Shown: positions 7,808 to 16,203 of the stretch, in pieces | Layout: the number at the start of each line of letters is the position of its first letter | Numbering within the stretch: position 1 is the first letter of the stretch | DNA from: an uncultured Lentisphaeria bacterium | Lineage (GTDB): Bacteria; Verrucomicrobiota; Lentisphaeria; JABSQK01; JAJFLO01 | Length of the DNA stretch: 32,000 nt | NCBI GenBank assembly: GCA_951812855.1 | Contig: OX638337.1 | Coordinates: 1,860,001 to 1,892,000, forward strand | Direction: 5' to 3' | Program-made: the position numbers and the translations under genes | Notes under the pieces: generated by a model | Seen by the model: only the letters and a program-made list of their open reading frames with translations | Told to the model about the DNA's origin: nothing | Database searches by the model: none

Positions 7808-8249
7808 TTTTGCAGCTCGTGCACAGGATCGTGCACAGTCAACAGCAGTAAATCCACCGCCAACAATCACGACATCCTGACCTTTCATCTCCCTGATTTC
7901 TCCATAATTAAACTTTTTCATGAAATCAAGACCTGGAATCTCCATTCCTTCTTCCATTCCCGGAAGTTTTAAGTCAGAAGGTCGAACTGAACCAACGGAA
8001 ACTAAAACGGCATCATAATCGTCGATAATTTTTGACATTAATTCGGCATCGATATATTGGCCGGTTTTAACAGTAACCAATCGTGCGTCTGAAGTAAAAT
8101 TCGTTGAATGAATCAGGGGTTCTTACCCCATTCCTGACCAATTCTTTTTGCATATTGGGCAAAGTTCTTCTGCGATCCCATGTCAACCTGGGTCGAGTTT
8201 TATGTTTTTTATTCTCATACTCAAAGCCAGCAAATGTTTTCTGCTCCAC
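7808..8249 (-). pseudogene. Remnants of a glutamate synthase small-subunit-like (GltD family) NAD(P)H oxidoreductase gene
   Basis: DYDAVLVSVGSVRPSDLKLPG...GQDVVIVGGGFTAVDCARSCARAAKM aligns with the GltD segment DYDAVFLGVGT...[26 protein letters not shown] (second Rossmann GGGxxAxD). The 60-aa ORF at 8067-8249 (QKTFAGFEYENKKHKTRP...) weakly resembles a GltD N-terminus. About 200 aa between the two pieces and everything after AAKM are missing. Confidence 0.6.
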
Positions 8250-8382
8250 TATTATCCCCCTGCATTGTCGTTGGGATAATTGTGCTAATTACTACAATTG
8301 TTCAGATATTCCTTAGTTAGTTTGTTTTTTCTTAACGTATAACGGTATAGGTGAAGTAACCTTCCTGGTCGTCTGTATGTAG

Positions 8383-9138
8383 TTACCCTTGGAAAATATT
8401 ATCACGGTGGTAGACTAGAAAATCACTACTTGGCTTGAATTTATCCGGGCACGAAATTGTCTTTCCTTCATATCTTTTTATGGTGCTTTTATAAAACTCA
8501 TCGGATGTCATATCTTTTTCAGAGATTATGATTGTCATATCATCTTGGATAGCAATTAACCCCATATCAAACGCCTTGTCATGGAGCACAGATAAGCAAA
8601 GTCCATTGCTGGGATTCAGACGATTTTCAGTATCTTCCCGCCAAGGTACAATATGACTTGCTACCAGCAGTTTTGGCATCGATAATCCACTGATACAACA
8701 TTTACTATTGTAAGCACTTAAAACAGATTTTCTAAAGAATTGTTGTCCAATACGTGCGTTAATTTTTGTTTCTTTCGTATGCCCGGAATAATTTTTTATT
8801 TCTGCCTTTGGATAATCCTCTTGTTCCGGTATTATTTGACCTAACGCTTTTGAGGATTCAACCACAAAAGTTCCCCAATTATTGTTCATCTCTCGCCACA
8901 TCTGTTTATCAGCCATTGATGCACCCGATAGACCTTTCCTTCCTGTTGCAGTAAGTTCAGGATCAAGGCTTGCAATATTGACTAACTTCATAGCCACAGC
9001 AGATGGCGTTCTTCCAATAGACTCGGCAACTTCAATGATTGTTGGATTGCGAGAGTGCATTTTTCCAAAAGGCATCTGACAGTACAAACCAAATGCCAAG
9101 AGTAATTCATGCCTTTCCCAATTTCTTCTTGCGTTCAT
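8383..9138 (-). CDS. HNH-family endonuclease (COG3183 / HNH_2-like putative restriction endonuclease)
   Basis: The C-terminal half reads RIGQQFFRKSVLSAYNSKCCISGLSMPKLLVASHIVPW...NPSNGLCLSVLHDKAFDMGLI. This fits the RxGQxxFRxxLLxxYxxxCxxxG...L.AsHIxPW...NGLxLxxxxHxxFDxGxI pattern. The N-terminal region (WERHELLLAFGLYCQMPFGKMHSRNPTIIEVAESIGRTPSAVAMKLVNIASLDP) is typical of the same family. Confidence 0.85.
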   Translation of the reverse strand: MNARRNWERHELLLAFGLYCQMPFGKMHSRNPTIIEVAESIGRTPSAVAMKLVNIASLDPELTATGRKGLSGASMADKQMWREMNNNWGTFVVESSKALGQIIPEQEDYPKAEIKNYSGHTKETKINARIGQQFFRKSVLSAYNSKCCISGLSMPKLLVASHIVPWREDTENRLNPSNGLCLSVLHDKAFDMGLIAIQDDMTIIISEKDMTSDEFYKSTIKRYEGKTISCPDKFKPSSDFLVYHRDNIFQG

Positions 9139-9390
9139 TTTTTGATCAACTTTTTTATTGAGTCGCGATTATCTTTTCCCAAAGATATTTGCAACGCAGA
9201 GCATTCTGCTGCCTTCCAGTATTTATTATTTTCGGCAATAAGTTCTTCTTTAGAAATCCTTAAAGCAAGATAATCATAATAACTATCTGGAACATCCCCG
9301 GGACAAAATGAGTGAAAAACCCTCTGACAATCCTCCTGGTCCCGCAAACAAATCAATAACGGGTACTTGTTCTATTTTGTTTGAATTCAT
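9135..9390 (-). pseudogene. dcm: 5' stub of a C5 cytosine DNA methyltransferase gene (motif I only) followed by unrelated open frame
   Basis: ATG 9390 gives MNSNKIEQVPVIDLFAGPGGLSEGFSLILSRGCSR* (stop at 9283-9285). VIDLFAGxGGLSxGF is C5-MTase motif I. No motif IV (PCQ), VI (ENV) or X could be found in any frame before the HNH start. The 73-aa track ORF (9135-9356) is another frame of this region and ends in ATGA with the HNH start. Confidence 0.6.
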
Positions 9391-9414
9391 ACCTGATTTT
9401 CATTTCTGAAACAA

Positions 9415-9903
9415 TTAATATTGCTTACTTTCTTCAGCGACTTCCAAGTATTCCGCATCCAATAGGGGATAGACAGCTAATCGATTCCGTAAAATAACAT
9501 TAAGACCAGTAATCTCTTTTGTTTCACATTCCCAAATTACCAGTACATTCCAACCCATTTCCTGAAGTTTATTTTCAAATTTTCGTGCATTTTCGACATT
9601 CTTCTTAAATTTTTCCTGCCAGAATGCAGCATTGGTTTTTGGTGAGGTACATCCTCTACAACCTTTGTGACGGTGCCAAAAACAGCCATGGACAAAGATA
9701 ACAGTCTTATGTTTTGCCAAAACAATATCCGGTTTTCCCGGCAGTCGTCCGGCTGGATACAATTTCTTTGAGACTTTACCCTGAAGCCGATATCGGTAAC
9801 CCAGTGCATGTAGTTGTGAGCGGACAATCTTTTCCGGTTTTGTATTCTCAGACCGGATCCGGCTCATATTCCAGCTGCGTTTTTTTACTGATAAATGATC
9901 CAT
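9415..9903 (-). CDS. vsr: Very short patch repair endonuclease (Vsr, T:G mismatch endonuclease)
   Basis: KRSWNMSRIRSENTKPEKIVRSQLHALGYRYRL...LPGKPDIVLAKHKTVIFVHGCFWHRHKGC...PKTNAAFWQEKFKKNVENARKFENKLQEMGWNVLVIWECE matches the Vsr family along its full length. Confidence 0.9.
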   Translation of the reverse strand: MDHLSVKKRSWNMSRIRSENTKPEKIVRSQLHALGYRYRLQGKVSKKLYPAGRLPGKPDIVLAKHKTVIFVHGCFWHRHKGCRGCTSPKTNAAFWQEKFKKNVENARKFENKLQEMGWNVLVIWECETKEITGLNVILRNRLAVYPLLDAEYLEVAEESKQY

Positions 9904-10296
9904 TTAAACAAAATGTACAAGTCTGATTTACTGTCTTATTAATATTATTTTATATCTCAATTTTGTACTGCTGATCCTAAACTAAAATTATCTTTCTCGA
10001 TTACCACCTTTCCCGTCAAATTATGTAAAATGGTAATCAGTCGATCCTTAAAAACGATTTAATATACTTGTTTCAATATGTTATGTATTATATTCAGTTG
10101 ATGAAATGACCGAAAAATTAACTGTTTATCCCTTGTATACGTTGATGTTGATATGATAAATTATAGTGAAGTTGTTACTGCAGCGGGTCCTGACAGCATT
10201 GCGAAAACACGGTCAGGGATGTACCGCCGGAACTCAGAAAAAAATTCGGAGAGCTTGATCGCAGAAAATGATTATTCGAGATAAAGAAATAACTGC

Positions 10297-13200
10297 ATGA
10301 ATGTTTCATTTAAGAAAATAACAGTTTTAATATGTGCTTTTTGGGCGATGATTTTACAGGGTTATGGGGAAACATATTCCTGTCACGGAGGAATTCACAC
10401 AACATCTCCGATTACATCTGCCGGAAGTCAGGCACGGTCAGATATACCCCGGGCGAATCGGTGGAGTAATGATGGGACAAATACCGTGGTTACGTTTAGT
10501 TTTGTTCTAACCCCGTATACTATAGATAAAGCAGCCGGTCATGATGCCGGCATTGAAATAAAGCCGATAATCAACGAGTCGAAAAAAGTTACTGACCCTG
10601 TCAGGTACCCGGCAGATACTTACCAATTGATTCTAAAGGCATTTGAAGCCTGGGAAGCGGTTGCTGACATCAGTTTCAAAGAACTCAATGAGGCAGATGG
10701 AAATATTGGTCAAATTCGGATTGCCAAGCATAAATTTAGTCAGCCGTTTGTTTTGGGACATGGATTTTTCCCCCCGTCAAAATTCAATGATGTTGCAGAA
10801 AATGATATTAGCGGGGATTTACACTTGAAATCTTTAAAAAATTGGAAAAGGCAAAAGGGATTGCTCTTTGCTGCAGTAGTACATGAAATTGGTCATAGTC
10901 TGGGGTTACAACATCTCTTTGCGACTGCAAGAAATGTAAATGAGGTTGAAAAAATTCTACCATTAACTAAAACCGATAATGTTATCATGTACGGCGAAAT
11001 TGGAAATAATGCAGGGCCGTTATCGAATAGCGACAAGGCGTATATCCAATCCTTATATAATCCACCGTCAGCTAAGATTATAAATGGAAATGGAAGAACA
11101 ATTTCCTGGCAGTTTCCACATGATCCTTTTATTTCTTCAAACGGGAATTCTGGATTCAATCCCTTAGATATTAACCAGAATGATACCGGTAACCCATTTA
11201 CTGCCAGGTATACTGGTCAATTTGCAGTAAATGTTAAGGTCCAGTTTTCGACAATGATAATTTCCAATCCGAGTGATCTGACTGACTTGGATAATAAAAC
11301 GATTCCGGAAAATATAAAATCAGAATTTGCAAATCATAATACAGGAACTTCCCCGTCATTGACATCAAGTGCATCTGTAACAGTGATCTCTCCGGGAAGT
11401 GAATGGCAAATTGAAGATCGGGGAGCGGTTTCATTACCTCGCAAATATATACTGAAAAAGGTAAACAATACCCTGGAGTTTTTTGAAATTGCGTTTAACA
11501 AAAATGATGTTTCTATAACGAGTTTGGTGCAGTCTTGTCCCTTAAAACATTTCAGGATTCAACGGGTTCCTCTAGTATTAAACGCCCTGGTGACCGATAA
11601 TGCCAAACGTGCTGCGAATAAATTATTTGATGATACCATTAACGATGGGAAATCATTATATTGGACACGGGTTGATAATGGCTATCTTTTAGAGATTAAA
11701 AATGCCCCGACAGTGAATGCCAGATTACCGTTAATAACGCCGCTTATCGCAACGGATTCAACAGTCTGGCGGTTTACCAGATCGTATATATTATCCAGTG
11801 ATCAAACTATCAAATATAGGGTTTTTGATGCAGATGGAAATTTAGTAACTGCGTTAAGCTCATCGGAATCAGGAGCTGAGCTAGAGCCCAATGTTCCTTC
11901 TTCTGTTCCTTCTTCAAAGCGTCAAGTCGATTTGTCCACACTTGAATATCAGAAGTTTTCGGTTGACTATTTTTTCACCAGAGGCGACGCTTTGCCATAT
12001 GAACTAGTGCATATCAACGATATTGAATTTGAAAATGTGTTGACAGAGAATGGTAACTATGTGTTATTTGACGCTGTGATTCCAACATCTGAATCATCAT
12101 TTTTGGTGAATGAAGTATCTTCAATTGATTCAGACTATGGTTTTAGAACAGTTTCTGTTTACAATGATAATTATTCGGTAACCTCAAGTCCTGTGTTCTT
12201 CAGAGTGTTGGGACCGGCTGTTAAAAATGTGAATGCTGTTCCAGCTGATAAAACGTATAACGCTTCCGATATCAATACCGTTATCACGTTAGAAATCGTT
12301 TTTACAACTAAAGTTATCGTTACTATCCAAGATAATAATATGCCTCCGACATTGTCTTTAGATAATGTCTTCGGAGGTTCAGCAGAATATCAATCCGGAT
12401 CAGGGACAAACACGTTAAAATTTCGTTATACAATTACAAAAAACGATAATACGTTTGGTAAACCATTGAATTATTCTTCAACGAAAGCTTTAGATCCCGG
12501 GGGCAGTACACTCACAGACAGTAATAGTACGATTGATCTAACCCTTCCTGAGCCAGATTCTTCAAATTCATTGGGTTCAAGTAATATTTTAATTGATACG
12601 ATTACGCCGATTGTAACTGTGAATCGTAAATCAACAAACGATACGACTCCTGATCTAAGCGGAACGATAGATGATAATTCCGCTTCTGTTTCAGTTTCAA
12701 TTGATGGTGAATCAGCTGTGGTTGCTGAGAATCGTGGAAATCGTACATGGCTGTTGCCGGGCACATTTATTGAAGAATTATCGGACGGGATTCATGAAAT
12801 TCAGGTAACAGCAACGGATTCAGCCGGCAATGTCGGAACGGATTCAACAACATCAGAACTTATAATTGATACTCGAGTATTAACCATTTTAAATGCCTTT
12901 ATTGCTGCAGATAACCGTTATATTGAACTTCGTTTCAATAACGGGGTTTATGGTGACAAATTGAAGTCATCACCAGTTGGTCTCGATGATTTTGACCTGT
13001 CTGTAAACGATGCCGGTGTCATGAGGAATTCTGTAAAATTTACAAAAATTGATGGCAGGGATCTTGAAGGCGGGGAATCGAATATTCGTATTGAATTTAG
13101 TTTGTCCGTGGCAGCAGATAAAAATGATATTATTACAATTGAACCTAAACCAAATTCAATATACGATGGAAATGGTATTGCATTAACAGGCAAAAACCTG

Positions 13201-14046
13201 CAACCTGTCAGAATTAAGCTCAATGAGATTGACAGTCTTCCCGAATTTACAGTAACATTAAATGTTGACCCAACACCAATTCCGCTGACATTTGGACAGG
13301 CTGATACCATCATGGATCCGATTACAAAAGCTTCTTCTTCATCCATATTTTATTTTGAATACAATTCTGAAAAGATTAAGAAACAATTAAATCCATTATC
13401 AGAGACGCCGACCCGATGGATTCTGAAATTTAGTCCAGATTCAGGGCAGACCGGACATATTTCCTGGGAGATTTCTAACACTAATCCGAATTACAGAGTC
13501 TACTTGCAAAAGATAAATGGTGGAGGAAATACTAATAATACCTTTGATCTAACGGATTCAAATTTGAAGTCTATTCCGGTTTCTGAAACGTCAACGTTCA
13601 AACTGGTTTATGGTCCACTTCTAATTGAAACTGTACCTGCATTAGCTGTTGGATGGAATTTAGTCAGTATGCCTCTTATCCTGACGAAAGCCATTGATAA
13701 GATTTTCGCAGACACAGTCCGATATCCAATTTGGTTCTGGGATGGAGATACATTTCAGCTAATGACCAATAATAATGCATTATTACCGAATATTGGGCAT
13801 TGGATCTACTTTAATAAAAGCACCAGAGTAACTCAAATTGAAGGAATAGCGGACAATTCAAAAGTAACTGTCGGAGATGGCTGGAATTTGATTGGAACGC
13901 CAGGAGAAATATTGTCGTTGTCGAATATGCCTGACAGTGATCATATTCAGAGTGCCTGGAAATACAATTCAACCTATACCCAATTTGAAAAAGTGACAGG
14001 TTCACTCAGTCCCTTTCATGGTATGTGGATATTTAGGAAAGAATAA
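10297..14046 (+). CDS. Large secreted protein: N-terminal matrixin-like metzincin zinc protease domain, Ig-like repeats, C-terminal duplicated GWNL-motif domain
   Basis: Signal-peptide-like N-terminus (KKITVLICAFWAMILQGYG). The zinc motif VVHEIGHSLGLQH (HExxHxxGxxH, His196 at nt 10882) is followed by a Met-turn-like VIMYG. A bacterial Ig-like segment reads DTITPIVTVNRKSTNDTTPDLSGTIDDNSASVSVSIDG...HEIQVTATDSAGNVGTDSTT. The C-terminus contains the motifs GWNLVSMP and GWNLIGTP. Confidence 0.8.
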   Translation: MNVSFKKITVLICAFWAMILQGYGETYSCHGGIHTTSPITSAGSQARSDIPRANRWSNDGTNTVVTFSFVLTPYTIDKAAGHDAGIEIKPIINESKKVTDPVRYPADTYQLILKAFEAWEAVADISFKELNEADGNIGQIRIAKHKFSQPFVLGHGFFPPSKFNDVAENDISGDLHLKSLKNWKRQKGLLFAAVVHEIGHSLGLQHLFATARNVNEVEKILPLTKTDNVIMYGEIGNNAGPLSNSDKAYIQSLYNPPSAKIINGNGRTISWQFPHDPFISSNGNSGFNPLDINQNDTGNPFTARYTGQFAVNVKVQFSTMIISNPSDLTDLDNKTIPENIKSEFANHNTGTSPSLTSSASVTVISPGSEWQIEDRGAVSLPRKYILKKVNNTLEFFEIAFNKNDVSITSLVQSCPLKHFRIQRVPLVLNALVTDNAKRAANKLFDDTINDGKSLYWTRVDNGYLLEIKNAPTVNARLPLITPLIATDSTVWRFTRSYILSSDQTIKYRVFDADGNLVTALSSSESGAELEPNVPSSVPSSKRQVDLSTLEYQKFSVDYFFTRGDALPYELVHINDIEFENVLTENGNYVLFDAVIPTSESSFLVNEVSSIDSDYGFRTVSVYNDNYSVTSSPVFFRVLGPAVKNVNAVPADKTYNASDINTVITLEIVFTTKVIVTIQDNNMPPTLSLDNVFGGSAEYQSGSGTNTLKFRYTITKNDNTFGKPLNYSSTKALDPGGSTLTDSNSTIDLTLPEPDSSNSLGSSNILIDTITPIVTVNRKSTNDTTPDLSGTIDDNSASVSVSIDGESAVVAENRGNRTWLLPGTFIEELSDGIHEIQVTATDSAGNVGTDSTTSELIIDTRVLTILNAFIAADNRYIELRFNNGVYGDKLKSSPVGLDDFDLSVNDAGVMRNSVKFTKIDGRDLEGGESNIRIEFSLSVAADKNDIITIEPKPNSIYDGNGIALTGKNLQPVRIKLNEIDSLPEFTVTLNVDPTPIPLTFGQADTIMDPITKASSSSIFYFEYNSEKIKKQLNPLSETPTRWILKFSPDSGQTGHISWEISNTNPNYRVYLQKINGGGNTNNTFDLTDSNLKSIPVSETSTFKLVYGPLLIETVPALAVGWNLVSMPLILTKAIDKIFADTVRYPIWFWDGDTFQLMTNNNALLPNIGHWIYFNKSTRVTQIEGIADNSKVTVGDGWNLIGTPGEILSLSNMPDSDHIQSAWKYNSTYTQFEKVTGSLSPFHGMWIFRKE

Positions 14047-14112
14047 TCCTGCAAATGAAGATACCACGAATTATCTTGAGTTTTGGTTAATGAATGAACA
14101 TAACGGCGAATA

Positions 14113-15093
14113 ATGAAATCAATATTGCTAACAGGTGGTGCTGGATATATAGGAAGCCATACAGCAAAGCTGCTCTGTCAAAAAGGGTATAGACCCGTTG
14201 TTTTTGATAATCTCAGTATAGGGCACCAATGGGCTGTCAACCGGGGGCCTTTTGTAAAAGCAGACCTTGCTGATAAAGATCAAATTCGCCAAACACTCGA
14301 AGATTATGAGATTGAAGCTGTTGTTCATCTTGCGGCCAGTGCATATGTTGGTGAATCCATGGAAAATCCACGAAAATACTTTCGTAACAATGTCGTTAAT
14401 TCCACGAATTTGCTTGAGGCAATGGATGACGCAGGAGTGAAGAAAATTGTTTTTTCATCAACATGTGCCCTGTATGGAAATCCTGAAACCCTGCCATTGA
14501 CCGAGTCTCACAGGAAACACCCAATCAATCCCTATGGAGATAGTAAATTATTCGTTGAACATATGTTGAAATGGCATGGAGAAGTATATGGATTAAACTG
14601 GACAGCACTCCGATATTTTAATGCCGGCGGTGCTGATCCTGATTGTGAAATTGGAGAAGATCATGATCCTGAAACCCATTTAATTCCACTCGTTATCTAT
14701 GCAGCACTGGGAAAAATAAAACAATTGAAGGTTTTTGGTACTGATTATGAAACTCCTGATGGTACCGCAATTCGAGATTATATTCATGTTAATGATTTGG
14801 CATCAGCACATTTGGCTGCACTGGAAAAATTAGATAAAAAATCTACTGAAAATGTATTCAACCTGGGAACTGGAATAGGTAATTCAGTAAAAGAAGTCAT
14901 AAAATCAGTTGAAAAAATTACAGGACTGAAGGTCCCTTTTCAAGAGAGTCCCAGACGCATGGGGGACCCGCCGGCTCTGGTCGCAGATTCACAATTAGCT
15001 CGAAATAAACTGGGCTGGGTGCCAAGCTGTCAAAGTCTGGATGATATTGTTGAAACAGCGTGGAACTGGCATAAAAAACATCATTGTTCTTAA
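14113..15093 (+). CDS. galE: UDP-glucose 4-epimerase
   Basis: ILLTGGAGYIGSHT (NAD-binding GxxGxxG), SSTCALYG...YGDSK (catalytic S/YxxxK), DGTAIRDYIHVNDLA, and a length of 326 aa all fit GalE. Confidence 0.92.
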   Translation: MKSILLTGGAGYIGSHTAKLLCQKGYRPVVFDNLSIGHQWAVNRGPFVKADLADKDQIRQTLEDYEIEAVVHLAASAYVGESMENPRKYFRNNVVNSTNLLEAMDDAGVKKIVFSSTCALYGNPETLPLTESHRKHPINPYGDSKLFVEHMLKWHGEVYGLNWTALRYFNAGGADPDCEIGEDHDPETHLIPLVIYAALGKIKQLKVFGTDYETPDGTAIRDYIHVNDLASAHLAALEKLDKKSTENVFNLGTGIGNSVKEVIKSVEKITGLKVPFQESPRRMGDPPALVADSQLARNKLGWVPSCQSLDDIVETAWNWHKKHHCS

Positions 15094-15126
15094 CTGTCCA
15101 AATACTCCCGGTCTTACTCTTAATTC

Positions 15127-15189
15127 TTACTCATAATCATAATCCAATTCTGGTAAGGGACGTATGGATTGGATTATGATTATGAGTAA
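15127..15189. repeat. Perfect 22-bp inverted repeat (hairpin, 19-nt loop) between convergent galE and ferredoxin genes; possible bidirectional terminator
   Basis: TTACTCATAATCATAATCCAAT (15127-15148) and its exact reverse complement ATTGGATTATGATTATGAGTAA (15168-15189). The stem is AT-rich and has no adjacent U-tract, so terminator function is uncertain. Confidence 0.6.
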
Positions 15190-15361
15190 AAGGATGAATG
15201 ATTTGAATATAAAGAAAATTTTATGATAACGATAAACAATTGTTCCTCTTTAGTTAATTGATGAGCAGTACGTTTATTCGATATTACATGTGAGTTATTT
15301 TTCGAAGGTCTAATTATAATAAAATTAATGGGTGCCAATCTAAAACAACAAATTAAACGCT

Positions 15362-15640
15362 TTAATCTTTTGCAAGCGGTTCTTTTTTTTCTATAATTAC
15401 AGGAAGAACTTGTGATTTTTCAGCATTTAATTTAATATAGTGCTGCCATTCTTCCGGAACATCTTCTTCTTCAAAAATAGCTTCAACCGGACATTCAGGA
15501 ACACAGGCTCCGCAGTCGATACATTCTTCAGGATCAATATACAATATTGTTTCACCCTCATGAAAACAGTCAACAGGACAGACCTCAACGCAATCCGTAT
15601 ATTTACATTTATCACATGGTTCTGTTACTATATAAGCCAT
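15362..15640 (-). CDS. fdxA: 7Fe-type ferredoxin ([3Fe-4S][4Fe-4S], FdxA-like)
   Basis: [28 protein letters not shown]...[22 protein letters not shown] closely parallels Azotobacter-type FdxA ([21 protein letters not shown]...CIDCALCEPECP). Confidence 0.9.
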   Translation of the reverse strand: MAYIVTEPCDKCKYTDCVEVCPVDCFHEGETILYIDPEECIDCGACVPECPVEAIFEEEDVPEEWQHYIKLNAEKSQVLPVIIEKKEPLAKD

Positions 15641-16203
15641 CGCTTATTCCTTTAATCCCACTTCGTGGGCTTGGCCGCTGTGGCGGATTTAATTCCCCGA
15701 CGGCTGCCGTGCTTATCGAGCACTTTCGTACCACTGAGCGGTACGAGCTGTCTCATTCTGTCAGATGACAGTATCCAGCTGCATCGAGTCCAATATTTTT
15801 TCAAGCTGAGTCATACCCCGCTACATGCGGCGGGACCGTCGATTTTCTGGATCATGAATTTATAGACAGGGCAGCACTTTTGAGAAAAGAATTAATATTA
15901 TTCCGATTAATAAAGTATCAAAGATTTTTTAATTGAATCATATTAGAAGTTTCCAGTAAAATTCATTAACAGATTAATAGTGTCTTATTTGCGGTTCAGA
16001 TATTTTATAAGAATACTTGATTAAACCTGCCTTTTAACGATGAAATTCTATTATGGTGAAGCAATGTCAGGGGGTATAACTTTCTTTCTGTAATTTCACT
16101 TCTCCGGGTGTCGGACCGGAGGGCGACCCGAGCGGTTGCGGCAGCAATCGATTAGGCCGACGGGCCGGGATGCACGATAGTATTCAGGACGACTTTTCTG
16201 TAT

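Noticed and set aside
7808-8080. Rossmann-like N-terminal domain as a genuine part of the GHKL protein (oxidoreductase-ATPase fusion)
   Set aside because: The segment matches an internal piece of GltD-family proteins only, and a second gltD scrap lies upstream. The GHKL N-box is positioned normally relative to the internal Met at 7747. The simplest reading is an in-frame pseudogene remnant; this is retained as a finding so that it gets checked.
15641-15870. Assignment of the GC-rich element to a known RNA class (cobalamin, TPP or c-di-GMP riboswitch, SRP RNA, 6S RNA, RNase P RNA, group II intron domain V)
   Set aside because: I looked for the hallmark strings: the B12 box and GGTG...AATCC core, CTGAGA/ACCTGATCTGGATAATGCCAGCG, GGAAGCAGCC, GAGGAAAGTCCGGGC, and a D5 14-bp stem with GNRA loop. 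None was found. Only a loose GGGAA..AATCC..CCAC resemblance to cobalamin elements exists, which is insufficient.
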